DNA from: Candidatus Latescibacterota bacterium
GTDB lineage: Bacteria; Latescibacterota; CBDEFO01
Length of the DNA: 64,000 bases
NCBI GenBank assembly: GCA_965248755.1
Contig: OZ252149.1
Coordinates: 512,001 to 576,000, forward strand
Direction: 5' to 3'
The translations under genes were made by a program, and so were the position numbers. Every line of letters begins with the position of its first letter. The stretch's first letter is position 1. This document shows positions 53,383 to 62,375 of this stretch, piece after piece. The notes under the pieces were generated by a model. The model had not been told where the DNA came from. It ran no database searches and was given only the letters and a program-made list of their open reading frames with translations.

Positions 53383-54276
53383 CTAACCATTGAGCAGAGA
53401 AGGCATTTTGCTGTTGCACAAGATATCCCCCAAAGTAAATGCGAAATAGAGGATGCTGACAATTCCGTTCATATTGAAAAAGGCGACATTTACCTTAGAC
53501 AGATCATCGGACTTTACAAGGCTATGTTCGTAGATCAAGACTGCCCCGACGATTATCACCCCTGCAAGATAGATACTGCTCAGCCCTAACAGAGCCTTGA
53601 TAGATAAAAGCAAAAACAGCGAGATTATATGAAATATGCGCGCTGTTATTAGTGCCCATCTGATTCCAAATCTCTGAGGGATGGAGCAGAGCTTATTGGA
53701 AGTGTCAAACTCGTAGTCCTGACAGGCGTATATAACGTCGAAGCCCGAAACCCACATCAGAACCGCGAGACCCAATATAAGCGGCGCGGCGTCCAGAGTG
53801 CCCGTTACAGCTATCCAAGCTCCTATGGGGGCAAGGCTCAACGATAAGCCCAAAAAAAGGTGAGTCGCCCAGGTGTACCTTTTCGTATAAGAGTAAAGAA
53901 AGACAATAGCCAAAGCCAGAGGCGATAGATAGAAACACAACGGATTCAGGTTGTATGCCGAAAATACCAACACCAGCGACGAAAGAACGACAAATATCCC
54001 CACGGCGGGAGGCGACAGGAGTCCCTGCGGCAGTTCCCGATTGCGAGTTCTGGGATTTACTTCATCTATCCTTCTGTCCACCAGACGGTTGAATCCCATC
54101 GCCGCGCTCCTCGCTCCCACCATAGCTAAAACTATCCAGAACACCTGCTGTGAACTTATACCCACTTTTGCCGCCGCCAAAACTGCCCCAGATAAGGCAA
54201 AGGGGAGCGCAAAGACGCTGTGGGAGAACTTGATCATCCTACCGTAGGTGACTATAGTATTCGTCAGCCTGTTCAT
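53383..54276 (-). CDS. mqnP: UbiA-family polyprenyltransferase (MqnP-type)
   Basis: IKFSHSVFALPFA, ARSAAMGFNRLVDR.ID..NPRT, YSYTKR, GFDVIYACQD. Confidence 0.9.
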   Translation of the reverse strand: MNRLTNTIVTYGRMIKFSHSVFALPFALSGAVLAAAKVGISSQQVFWIVLAMVGARSAAMGFNRLVDRRIDEVNPRTRNRELPQGLLSPPAVGIFVVLSSLVLVFSAYNLNPLCFYLSPLALAIVFLYSYTKRYTWATHLFLGLSLSLAPIGAWIAVTGTLDAAPLILGLAVLMWVSGFDVIYACQDYEFDTSNKLCSIPQRFGIRWALITARIFHIISLFLLLSIKALLGLSSIYLAGVIIVGAVLIYEHSLVKSDDLSKVNVAFFNMNGIVSILYFAFTLGDILCNSKMPSLLNG

Positions 54277-54411
54277 CACTTTTGTAACCGATCTGCCGAA
54301 GTTCCAAGCACACTTACCAGTAGGCCTGTTGGATTGTAGTCCGGAGGCATCCCACAACGCAGGCCAATCCTGCATTATCCTGAGGGAAGCAGGGCCTATG
54401 ATCCATGATTT

Positions 54412-55632
54412 TCAGGTCGATAGAGGTTCGATCATCTTCTGTTCAACCGATTCAACTAAATATTCGTAAGGATCTTTCACTGTTCTACCGTCTAAACCTA
54501 TGGCAATCATACTCGCTGCTTTGCCCTTCCGTATGCTCCCTACATTCTTATCCAGCCCCAAAGCCGTAGCTCCGTTCAACGTTGCCATCTCCACAATCCT
54601 TTGCGGCGCTACGTCCGGATACAATTCGTGCATAGCCTTCATCTCGTTGAACAGATTCAGGTCTTCCACGCTGGCAAGGCTGTCCGTCCCTATACAGACG
54701 TTTATATTAGCATCCATAAACCGACCGAGGGGGGCCACGCCGACCCTCAAGTTCCTGTTGCTGCGGGGGCACAGACACACGCTCACTTTCCTTTTCTTTA
54801 ATATCTCGATATCCTCATCTGTAGGATGCACAACGTGCACAGCCAGCGTCTGAAAGTCCCAGAAATTCAGCTTATCCAAATATTGCACTGGAGTGGTTTC
54901 GGGGATCTCCCATTCACTGTCCCATGCGCCTGCGAACTGGAGGAATCTCTTGAATCTGCCCTGTCCCGTATCTATAAAAAGAATCTCCTCCTCTGACTCG
55001 CAAAGGTGAACAGTCCTGATCTGATCACGCTCCCTTATTTGTCTGAAAAGCTGAGGTGAGACAGAGTAGGGAGCGTGCGGACTCAGAGCATATTTTAGGC
55101 GTTTGCTTTCGGGAAAGTCGCTAAGAAGCTCCGTGCCCTTTTGAAAAACCTCTTCCGCCTTATCTTCAGCAAATCCGATCAATTCGTGGAAAATTACGCC
55201 TGTAAGCCGGCTTTTGTATATCAAAGGGACAGAAGACCCCGTATTAGTCACGTCACCAATAGCCACAGTCCCCGTAGAGATCACTTCGCCGATAGCCTGC
55301 TCTATGGCCTCTTCATCCTTTTCCGGGCTGCGCCTCCACCTTTTTAGTACGAGCTTCTTAATCCAATCGACGAAATCCCCTTCGTTTCTTATCTCTCCTT
55401 TTAGAGAAGATAGCTCTAAATGCGTATGGGCGTTGACAAGACCCGGAAGGATAATCGTATCATCAAAGTCAGAAATTTCTCCGCCGTATGTCCCCAGTAT
55501 ATCCCGTCTCTTTCCAAAATCCAGGATAGTCGAATCGCGAATAACTACGGCTCCGTCCTCTATCGGCAGAGTCGCGACGGGCAGCACCCACTTGGCGGTG
55601 TAAATCTGTTCGATCTGTTCCGAGATCTCTAT
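54412..55632 (-). CDS. Metal-dependent amidohydrolase, probable aminodeoxyfutalosine deaminase
   Basis: PGLVNAHTHLELS, SPHAPYSVS, HLCES, CPRSN, GTDSLAS; inside the mqn cluster; start uncertain (GTG 55587 or non-canonical ATA 55632). Confidence 0.8.
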   Translation of the reverse strand: MEISEQIEQIYTAKWVLPVATLPIEDGAVVIRDSTILDFGKRRDILGTYGGEISDFDDTIILPGLVNAHTHLELSSLKGEIRNEGDFVDWIKKLVLKRWRRSPEKDEEAIEQAIGEVISTGTVAIGDVTNTGSSVPLIYKSRLTGVIFHELIGFAEDKAEEVFQKGTELLSDFPESKRLKYALSPHAPYSVSPQLFRQIRERDQIRTVHLCESEEEILFIDTGQGRFKRFLQFAGAWDSEWEIPETTPVQYLDKLNFWDFQTLAVHVVHPTDEDIEILKKRKVSVCLCPRSNRNLRVGVAPLGRFMDANINVCIGTDSLASVEDLNLFNEMKAMHELYPDVAPQRIVEMATLNGATALGLDKNVGSIRKGKAASMIAIGLDGRTVKDPYEYLVESVEQKMIEPLST

Positions 55633-55640
55633 GGAACTCC

Positions 55641-56453
55641 TTACCTGTTGTAAAACCTGATTTCGGGCATCCGTTCCCCGGTTAAATCGGGGATCAACCC
55701 CAGACCGCTACTATACCTAAAAAACTCTCTAAGTCCCTCAATCTCTCTGTCACCGAGGATGTAATTTATCTTATTTTTTAGATAATCCTTGTAAACCTCC
55801 GATGATCCGGGATGATTCTGGGCGTATTCGGAGGATATTTCGTCTATATGACCAGTTCCGACTTCTGCAGCCTGAATCAACGTTTGAACACTCTCTTGAG
55901 ACAGAGCGTCCCTGCGTCCCGACCAGAAGGCGTAGACAAAGGGGAGTCCCGTAAGCTCCGTCCACTCGTCTCCCATATCGAGTCTTGGGATCTCAGCCAG
56001 ACTGTCCAACACACTGTCTCCAATCATCAACGCTGCATCGGCTTTCTCGAGCATAGAATCCAGGTCAGGACGGCATCGTATAAAATGAGGCTCTATCCCG
56101 TATTTTTCCTTTAAAACGATCTTCGTCAACGCTTCAGACGATCTCGAATTTCTGTCAACCGCCACAGTTTTGATCTTGCCAATCTGTTCAATCTGTGGGG
56201 CAAAAAACCCCACGCTCGCTACAGGACCATACGAAGATATGCATATTTGGGGGACTATATGATAAGGGTCGGGACTCCTGGCGTACTCAATAGAAGGTAT
56301 CAGGCCCACTTCGGTCTCGCCGCGCGCAAGTTTATCCGAACAGGCGGATGGAACGTCGAAGATAATCTGGAAGTCGTGACTGATCAGGCATCTTTCTAAA
56401 GCGTATAAAAGCGGCTTGGAATTTAGAAAACTTACAGCGCCTAAGACTGGCAT
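55641..56453 (-). CDS. mqnA: Chorismate dehydratase MqnA
   Basis: VSFLNSKPL, LIPSIEY, GPVASV, SRSS, LMIGD, TGLPFVYAFW. Confidence 0.93.
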   Translation of the reverse strand: MPVLGAVSFLNSKPLLYALERCLISHDFQIIFDVPSACSDKLARGETEVGLIPSIEYARSPDPYHIVPQICISSYGPVASVGFFAPQIEQIGKIKTVAVDRNSRSSEALTKIVLKEKYGIEPHFIRCRPDLDSMLEKADAALMIGDSVLDSLAEIPRLDMGDEWTELTGLPFVYAFWSGRRDALSQESVQTLIQAAEVGTGHIDEISSEYAQNHPGSSEVYKDYLKNKINYILGDREIEGLREFFRYSSGLGLIPDLTGERMPEIRFYNR

Positions 56454-57559
56454 CGCTCCTCGGAAGAATCTAATATCTGATATTTCGTATTCCTGCGGCG
56501 CGGCTCATAACCCGCATCAGTTATAAGATGATGTATCTTCTCAATCGACATTTGGAATCTGGTTCCTGCCGCACTCACCACGTTCTCCTCCATCATTGTG
56601 CTGCCGAAGTCGTTGACCCCGTACTTAAGCCCGATCTGAGCTATCTTCTCCCCTTGCGTTACCCACGACGCCTGAAAGTTGTCTATATTATCCAGCATAA
56701 GGCGTGCGACAGCTATGGTCCTCAGATAATCGTAGCCGGTGGCCTTCTTTCCGTTCCAGCCGCCGCTCCGGGCAAGCTCGGTTTCGTCCGGCTGAAAGCT
56801 CCACGCTATAAACGCCGTGAAACCTCCCGCTTCGTCCTGAAGCTCCCTTATCCTCAGAAGGTGCTCCACGCGCTGTTCGTCGGTCTCGACCGACCCGTAC
56901 ATCATAGTCGCAGTCGTCCTTATACTTAAATTGTGCGCCGTTTGATGCACCTCCAGCCACTGTTGGGTCGTATCCTTCCTGAAGGCTATCTGGTCCCGAA
57001 CATCGTCGGATAAAATCTCCGCCCCTGCTCCGGGGATAGAATCCAGGCCTGCGTCCCTTAGCCTCTCTATCGTCTCTTTTATAGCAAGGCGCGAGATATG
57101 GGCTATATATATAATCTCCGTGGCTGAAAGAGAATGTATGTGCACGGGGAAGCGCTCCTTGATGGAGCTTAGCAGATCCTCATAGTAATCTATCCTCAAC
57201 TTGGGGTTGAGTCCGCCCTGCATCAGGATTTCACATGAGTAGGGCTCGGCCCCCCCTACATCTACCAACTCCTGGATCTTGTCGAATATCTGTTCCTTTG
57301 AGAGCAGATATCCCTCATCAGATCCGGGCGGGCGGTAGAAGGCGCAGAAAGAACATCTCACCCAGCAAACGTTCGTATAGTTGATGTTCCGACCAATATT
57401 AAAGGTCACCATCTTGGCGGGATGCTTCTTGTGCCTTATATAATCGGCTAACATTCCCAACTCAGGCAGGTTGTGATGCTTAAACAACCTGATGCCGTCT
57501 TTAAATTCCAATCTCTCTTGGGAGAAGACCTTTTCTGCTATATCTGAAATGCCTTTCAT
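56441..57559 (-). CDS. mqnC: Cyclic dehypoxanthine futalosine synthase MqnC (radical SAM)
   Basis: RNINYTNVC...CSFCAFYR, LMQGG, QASWVTQG, GVNDFGSTMMEENVV. Confidence 0.93.
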   Translation of the reverse strand: MKGISDIAEKVFSQERLEFKDGIRLFKHHNLPELGMLADYIRHKKHPAKMVTFNIGRNINYTNVCWVRCSFCAFYRPPGSDEGYLLSKEQIFDKIQELVDVGGAEPYSCEILMQGGLNPKLRIDYYEDLLSSIKERFPVHIHSLSATEIIYIAHISRLAIKETIERLRDAGLDSIPGAGAEILSDDVRDQIAFRKDTTQQWLEVHQTAHNLSIRTTATMMYGSVETDEQRVEHLLRIRELQDEAGGFTAFIAWSFQPDETELARSGGWNGKKATGYDYLRTIAVARLMLDNIDNFQASWVTQGEKIAQIGLKYGVNDFGSTMMEENVVSAAGTRFQMSIEKIHHLITDAGYEPRRRNTKYQILDSSEERCQS

Positions 57560-57591
57560 ATCTATAGGCCTTATATAGTAGACATCAAAAA

Positions 57592-57652
57592 GTAGGGTCA
57601 GACGCACGTGTCTGCCCTGAAACTTTGGGCGAACACATGGGTTCGCCCCTAC
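57592..57652. repeat. REP-like doublet with GTAG ends
   Basis: GTAGGGTCAGAC..GTCTGCCCT-spacer-GGGCGAAC..GTTCGCCCCTAC; relatives at 3197-3222, 46200-46261, 49144-49213. Confidence 0.65.
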
Positions 57653-58791
57653 ATTCTGTCTACTGGTTCATTGATCACATTATACATAGGATCACGCTCA
57701 GTTGGTTCACGTCCCGCCTCTGTTATCATATCTATCAACTGCTCCCGCGTTAGTGCCTGTTCTTTTCGTCCATCCTCCGGCCGGGTGATCTCGTACTCCA
57801 CAATCGTCCCGTCTATATCGTCTGCTCCGTACCACAGTGAGAGCTGAGCCACCTCGGGAGTTATCATAATCCAGAACGATTTTACGTGATCAAAATTATC
57901 CAACATCAGACGGGCTAAAGCCACCTCCCTTAAGTCCATACATCCCGTCGGGCCCGGAAGATGGTCCAGCTCGGTGTTTTCAGGATGGAAGGACAGTGGT
58001 ATAAAGCTCAAAAATCCCCCCGTCTCGTCCTGAAGTTCCCGGAGTTTAATCAGATGCTCCACCTTCTCCTCAGGATACTCCATATGTCCGTAGAGTATCG
58101 TAGCGTTGGACTTCAATCCCACCTGATGCACAGAACGAGCCATACTGAGCCATTCGTCCGCCCCTATCTTCAGCGGAAAGAGCTCCTCATGCACGCGCTC
58201 TGTCATTACCTCTGCTCCACCTCCGGGGACAGCGTCCATGCCCGCCTCTTTAAGCTCTAAGAGCGTCTCCTCCAGTGGTTTTTTGGCCACTCGCTCTATC
58301 TGGACGAGTTCCACCATTGTAAAGGCTTTCAGATACGCATCGGGCCGAATCTGCTTGATCGCCCTCAAAATATCCAGATAGTACTCGTACGGCAGTTTTG
58401 GATTGACGCCTCCCACCATGTGTATCTCCATGATAGGGACGTCTATATGTTCTAATAGCTTGGCCTGAATCTCCTCCGGTGAAAGCGTATAGGCGTTTTC
58501 ACCTTTCGGCACATCGTAGAACGAGCAGAACGTGCAGAATTTGTTGCACACATTTGTGTAGTTGATATGTTGATTCCTGACGTAGTAAGCCCTGTTGCCG
58601 TTCTTACGTTCCCGTACGATGTTAGCCAGATACCCGACGGCGCTTAAATCGTCCGACCTATAGAGCTGGGCACCGTCGTCGAACGAAAGCCGCTCTCCCC
58701 CCATCACCTTTTTGTATATATCCCCTAGTCCGGCCCCTTCTATCATTCTTTCCCCGATTAAATCGGGGATCAGATTCCCAGTTGTTCCCAT
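57649..58791 (-). CDS. mqnE: Aminofutalosine synthase MqnE (radical SAM)
   Basis: NQHINYTNVC...CTFCSF, EIHMVGG, LKAFT.VE, PGGGAE, HVKSFWIM, GADDIDGT; true start may be ATG 58746. Confidence 0.93.
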   Translation of the reverse strand: MGTTGNLIPDLIGERMIEGAGLGDIYKKVMGGERLSFDDGAQLYRSDDLSAVGYLANIVRERKNGNRAYYVRNQHINYTNVCNKFCTFCSFYDVPKGENAYTLSPEEIQAKLLEHIDVPIMEIHMVGGVNPKLPYEYYLDILRAIKQIRPDAYLKAFTMVELVQIERVAKKPLEETLLELKEAGMDAVPGGGAEVMTERVHEELFPLKIGADEWLSMARSVHQVGLKSNATILYGHMEYPEEKVEHLIKLRELQDETGGFLSFIPLSFHPENTELDHLPGPTGCMDLREVALARLMLDNFDHVKSFWIMITPEVAQLSLWYGADDIDGTIVEYEITRPEDGRKEQALTREQLIDMITEAGREPTERDPMYNVINEPVDRM

Positions 58792-60212
58792 ATTTGATCT
58801 ATCCTATCCTTTACCTCCCTGGACATTTCCATCACATCTGGCCACTCCCTCAGAAAACCCTCATCCTTCCACTTCCTCGTAGCGTCAATGCCCATCTTCG
58901 TACCATAGTCCGGAAGCTGTGTCGCAAAGTCCAGAACGTCAGCGGGACCCTCGCCAAATACCACATCCCGCTTGGGATCTATATGAGTCCCAACCTTCCA
59001 TACCACCTCCTTCAAGTCCTGAACATCGCAATCCTTATCCACCACTATGATCACCTTCGTAAACATCAACTGTCCTAAACCCCAGAGGGCGTGCATCACC
59101 TTCTTGGCGTGTCCCGGGTATCTCTTGTCCATGGAGACTATCGCCAGATTGTGGAAGATGCCCTCTATAGGCAAATGCATGTCCACTATCTCCGGAATAC
59201 TCGTTTTGACCAGCGGCAGGAAGAGCCGTTCTGTAGCCTTTCCCAGATAGGCATCCTCCATAGGAGGAGGTCCTACGATTATGGTCGGATATATGGGGTC
59301 ACGCTTGTGCGTAACACAAGTCAGATGAAAGACTGGATAATCGTCCTCCATCGAGTAGTACCCGGTGTGATCTCCGAATGGACCCTCAAGTCTCCGCTCG
59401 CCTGGCTCTGCGTATCCCTCGAACACGATCTGAGCGTTTGCAGGCACCTCTAAATCCACAGTCTTGCACTTTACAAGCTCCACTCGCTTCCTGCGCAGAA
59501 ATCCCGCAAACATAAACTCATCTATCTCATCCGGAAGCGGCGCAGTTGCGGCATACAAGGTAGCAGGGTCAGGCCCGAGGACAATTGCCACCTCAAGCCG
59601 CTGCCCTAACTCCTCGGCCACCCTGTAGTGTTGCGCTCCACCCTTGTGCCTCTGCCAGTGGGCCCCGAGGGTGCGTTCGTCGAAGACCTGAAACCTGTAC
59701 ATCCCCACATTGCGCGTACCCAAGGTCGGATGCTTTGTAATCACCTGAGGCAACGTAATATATCGTCCCCCATCCCCGGGCCAGCACTTGATGATAGGGA
59801 ACTTGTCGAATGAGGGATTCTCGGTTTCAACCACCTCCTGACATGCCCCTTTACTCACCAGCTTGGCGGCAAGGTCGCCCAAACGCTTCAACTTGGGGAG
59901 CATCTCCAGCTTTCCGATGAGCGTGGCAGGCATCTTCGGCTCCAGAAGCTCCTTTATCTCCCCGGCTATCGTCTCCAAACTGTCGGACTCCAGCGCCAGT
60001 ACCATGCGCTCCATCGACCCGAACGTATTGATAAGCACAGGGACGCTGTGACCCTTTACATTAGTAAATAAAAGAGCTGGACCGGCATTCTTGACCGTTC
60101 GATCCGCTATCTCGCTGATCTCAAGCTCCGCGTCCACCTCCACGTCTATCACCTTAAGCTCATTTTTCTTCTTCAACGTCTCGACGAATTCGTTAAGGTC
60201 TTTGTAAGCCAT
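58770..60212 (-). CDS. ubiD: UbiD-family menaquinone biosynthesis decarboxylase (MqnL-type)
   Basis: RNVGMYR, EGPFGDHTGYY, GPPPMED, KRYPGHAKKVM, KMGIDAT. Confidence 0.93.
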   Translation of the reverse strand: MAYKDLNEFVETLKKKNELKVIDVEVDAELEISEIADRTVKNAGPALLFTNVKGHSVPVLINTFGSMERMVLALESDSLETIAGEIKELLEPKMPATLIGKLEMLPKLKRLGDLAAKLVSKGACQEVVETENPSFDKFPIIKCWPGDGGRYITLPQVITKHPTLGTRNVGMYRFQVFDERTLGAHWQRHKGGAQHYRVAEELGQRLEVAIVLGPDPATLYAATAPLPDEIDEFMFAGFLRRKRVELVKCKTVDLEVPANAQIVFEGYAEPGERRLEGPFGDHTGYYSMEDDYPVFHLTCVTHKRDPIYPTIIVGPPPMEDAYLGKATERLFLPLVKTSIPEIVDMHLPIEGIFHNLAIVSMDKRYPGHAKKVMHALWGLGQLMFTKVIIVVDKDCDVQDLKEVVWKVGTHIDPKRDVVFGEGPADVLDFATQLPDYGTKMGIDATRKWKDEGFLREWPDVMEMSREVKDRIDQIWEQLGI

Positions 60213-60254
60213 CTTTTATCCTCTCAAATCAAAACACATTGCTTTACATAACCA

Positions 60255-60282
60255 AATATAACGATTTTAATCGGGTTGTCAA
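60255..60282 (-). promoter_or_regulatory. sigma70-type promoter for the mqn operon
   Basis: TTGACA-16 nt-TATATT on the minus strand. Confidence 0.55.
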
Positions 60283-60402
60283 TCTTTTGTATCTACTTTA
60301 ATGCAAATTGGAGATTGTCAGGTATGCTGTTGTAGTAATGGAGAGGTAACCTCAAGCTTGTCCTCACGAAAGTGGGGAGCTGAACTAAATTGAAACTTTT
60401 TC

Positions 60403-60431
60403 TTGACATCTTTTTCGTCTCTCCTTATACT
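60403..60431 (+). promoter_or_regulatory. Near-consensus sigma70 promoter just upstream of the IS
   Basis: TTGACA-17 nt-TATACT. Confidence 0.7.
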
Positions 60432-60467
60432 TGTGACTTGTGTCACAGGAAAAACACTTAGATTTAG

Positions 60468-62093
60468 CCCCCATTCGCCATATTAGACCCGAAAAATGGT
60501 TGTCAAAGTCGCCAGAACATGTTATATTACAATAAATAAGACTCATAAATGGCGGATAAATATTGATCATCCAGAGGGTGAAAGAATCAAAGTAGGTTTT
60601 GATGGAGGAATAAAGCTTGAATTTCATGGTGCAAAGGTGACATCAAACGGTGGACTTCTTGCGTATCGTGACCTTGATTACGCACTGGGATTATTTGATT
60701 CGGTATCAGCGGTTTTTACCGATAAACGCACAGGCCGTAATATCCAACATGATATATCTACTCTCCTGCGTCAATCGATATACAGCCGTCTTGCAGGATA
60801 TGAAGATGTAAATGACGCCGAGCGATTATCCGTTGATCCCGTCATGCGAGCGATTACCGGAAAGAAGGACAAAGGCAGGCAAGCTGCCAGCTCCAACACG
60901 ATAGGACGTTTTGAAACTGATATACTGACTCAGCATGACAATCTCAGAAACTTGTCAGATATCAATGGCAAGTGGGTTCAAAAAGCGATGAGTAAAACAC
61001 AGCATCAACGAATCATTCTGGACATGGACAGTTCGGAGAGTCCGGTACATGGCCAGCAGGAAGGATCAGCTTACAACGGTCATTTCGGATGTACCTGTTT
61101 TCATCCAGTGTTCTGCTTCAATCAGTTCGGGGATTGTGAAGGAGTCCTACTTCGCTCTGGTAATGTTCACAGTGCTGATCGTTGGAAGGAAGTTCTGGAA
61201 CCGATCGTCAAGAGATACGAGAGCAAGAAGAATAGGAAATACTTTCGAGGCGATGCTGCATTCGCAAAGCCTGAGATTTATGATTATCTGGAGGGAAACG
61301 GCTATTTGTATGCCATTCGGCTTCCCGCAAATGAGATACTCTATGAAAAGATACGATACCTGCTGACTCGGCCAGTTGGACGACCGCCGAGGAAACCGAT
61401 TGTATCGTTATATGAATTTCAATATAAAGCGGCCAGTTGGGATCAATCGAGGCGAGTGGTCGCCAAGGTTGAATGGCACCAAGGGGAGTTATTCCCAAGA
61501 GTGGGATTTATCGTGACCAACATGAGCGCCAAGCCAGAAGGCGTGGTACACTTCTACAATGGCCGTGGCAGAGCTGAGCAGTGGATTAAGGAGGGCAAGT
61601 ATGCTCTGAACTGGACCCGACTCTCATGCAAGCGTTTCGTCTCCAATCAGGTGAGGCTCTGGCTGTTTGTTCTGGCTTACAACTTGGGCAACTTCCTGCG
61701 ACGTTTTGTTCTTCCGAAGAAAATCAAACACTGGTCACTACGCAGCCTCCTCGTGAAATTTATCAAAATCGGAGCGAAGATTGTCAGACACAGCGGATAT
61801 ATTACGTTTCAAATGGCTGAGGTTGGGATAGACAAGAGGTTATTTGCCGAAATATTATCCCGGATTGAACGATTGCGATGTTATTCTGTTTAAACTGCCA
61901 CATTTTTTTGTGAGTCGATGGAGAGGTGTCTCTAATTGGAGGATTTAAACACAAAGAAAGTGATAATTCAGAGGAAAATACTATTTTAATTGAAAAAAGT
62001 ACTTGTTGAAAAATGTAAAAGTGGTAATATTAATTCAGAAACAAGAATGTATCGAAATATAATCCCTCATGAATGTGATATGGGGAATGTCGG
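60468..62093 (+). mobile_element. IS1380-family insertion sequence (~1.63 kb)
   Basis: Imperfect 16-bp TIRs (cccccattcgccatat / atatggggaatgtcgg, 13/16 match) around a transposase; no target duplication seen. Confidence 0.85.
60496..61893 (+). CDS. IS1380-family DDE transposase
   Basis: TSNGGLL, GYEDVND, ILDMDSS, QEGSAYNGH, FRGDAAF, YNGRG.AEQWIKEGK, LAYNL. Confidence 0.95.
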   Translation: MVVKVARTCYITINKTHKWRINIDHPEGERIKVGFDGGIKLEFHGAKVTSNGGLLAYRDLDYALGLFDSVSAVFTDKRTGRNIQHDISTLLRQSIYSRLAGYEDVNDAERLSVDPVMRAITGKKDKGRQAASSNTIGRFETDILTQHDNLRNLSDINGKWVQKAMSKTQHQRIILDMDSSESPVHGQQEGSAYNGHFGCTCFHPVFCFNQFGDCEGVLLRSGNVHSADRWKEVLEPIVKRYESKKNRKYFRGDAAFAKPEIYDYLEGNGYLYAIRLPANEILYEKIRYLLTRPVGRPPRKPIVSLYEFQYKAASWDQSRRVVAKVEWHQGELFPRVGFIVTNMSAKPEGVVHFYNGRGRAEQWIKEGKYALNWTRLSCKRFVSNQVRLWLFVLAYNLGNFLRRFVLPKKIKHWSLRSLLVKFIKIGAKIVRHSGYITFQMAEVGIDKRLFAEILSRIERLRCYSV

Positions 62094-62094
62094 T

Positions 62095-62375
62095 TCTTAT
62101 GCCTTAACGTCGTTCCTATCGTCCTGCCGCCGCTACGCGAGCATATCGAGGACCTTCCCTTTTTCCTTGTCGATTACTTTATTGAGAAATACAATCAGGA
62201 GTTAGGTGGAAGGGTTAAGGGGGTATCGTCAGAGGTGATGCAGGCATTTTTGTCCTACTCCTGGCCGGGTAAATCCGGGAGTTGGAGAACGTCATCAAGC
62301 AGGTCATTGTGATGGGTAAGGAGGGAAGTATTTGCCTGGAGGATCTTCCACCTGAGATAACGTGTGTAAAATAAA
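62095..62375 (+). pseudogene. Frameshifted C-terminal remnant of a sigma54-dependent activator AAA+ domain
   Basis: LNVVPIVLPPLRE...DLP / LVDYFIEKY...YSWPG / RELENVI...LEDLPPEI across frameshifts; 5' part absent next to the IS. Confidence 0.8.

Noticed and set aside
54280..54411. Possible DinB-like remnant on the plus strand (EASHNAGQSCIILREAG)
   Set aside because: Too short to distinguish from chance.
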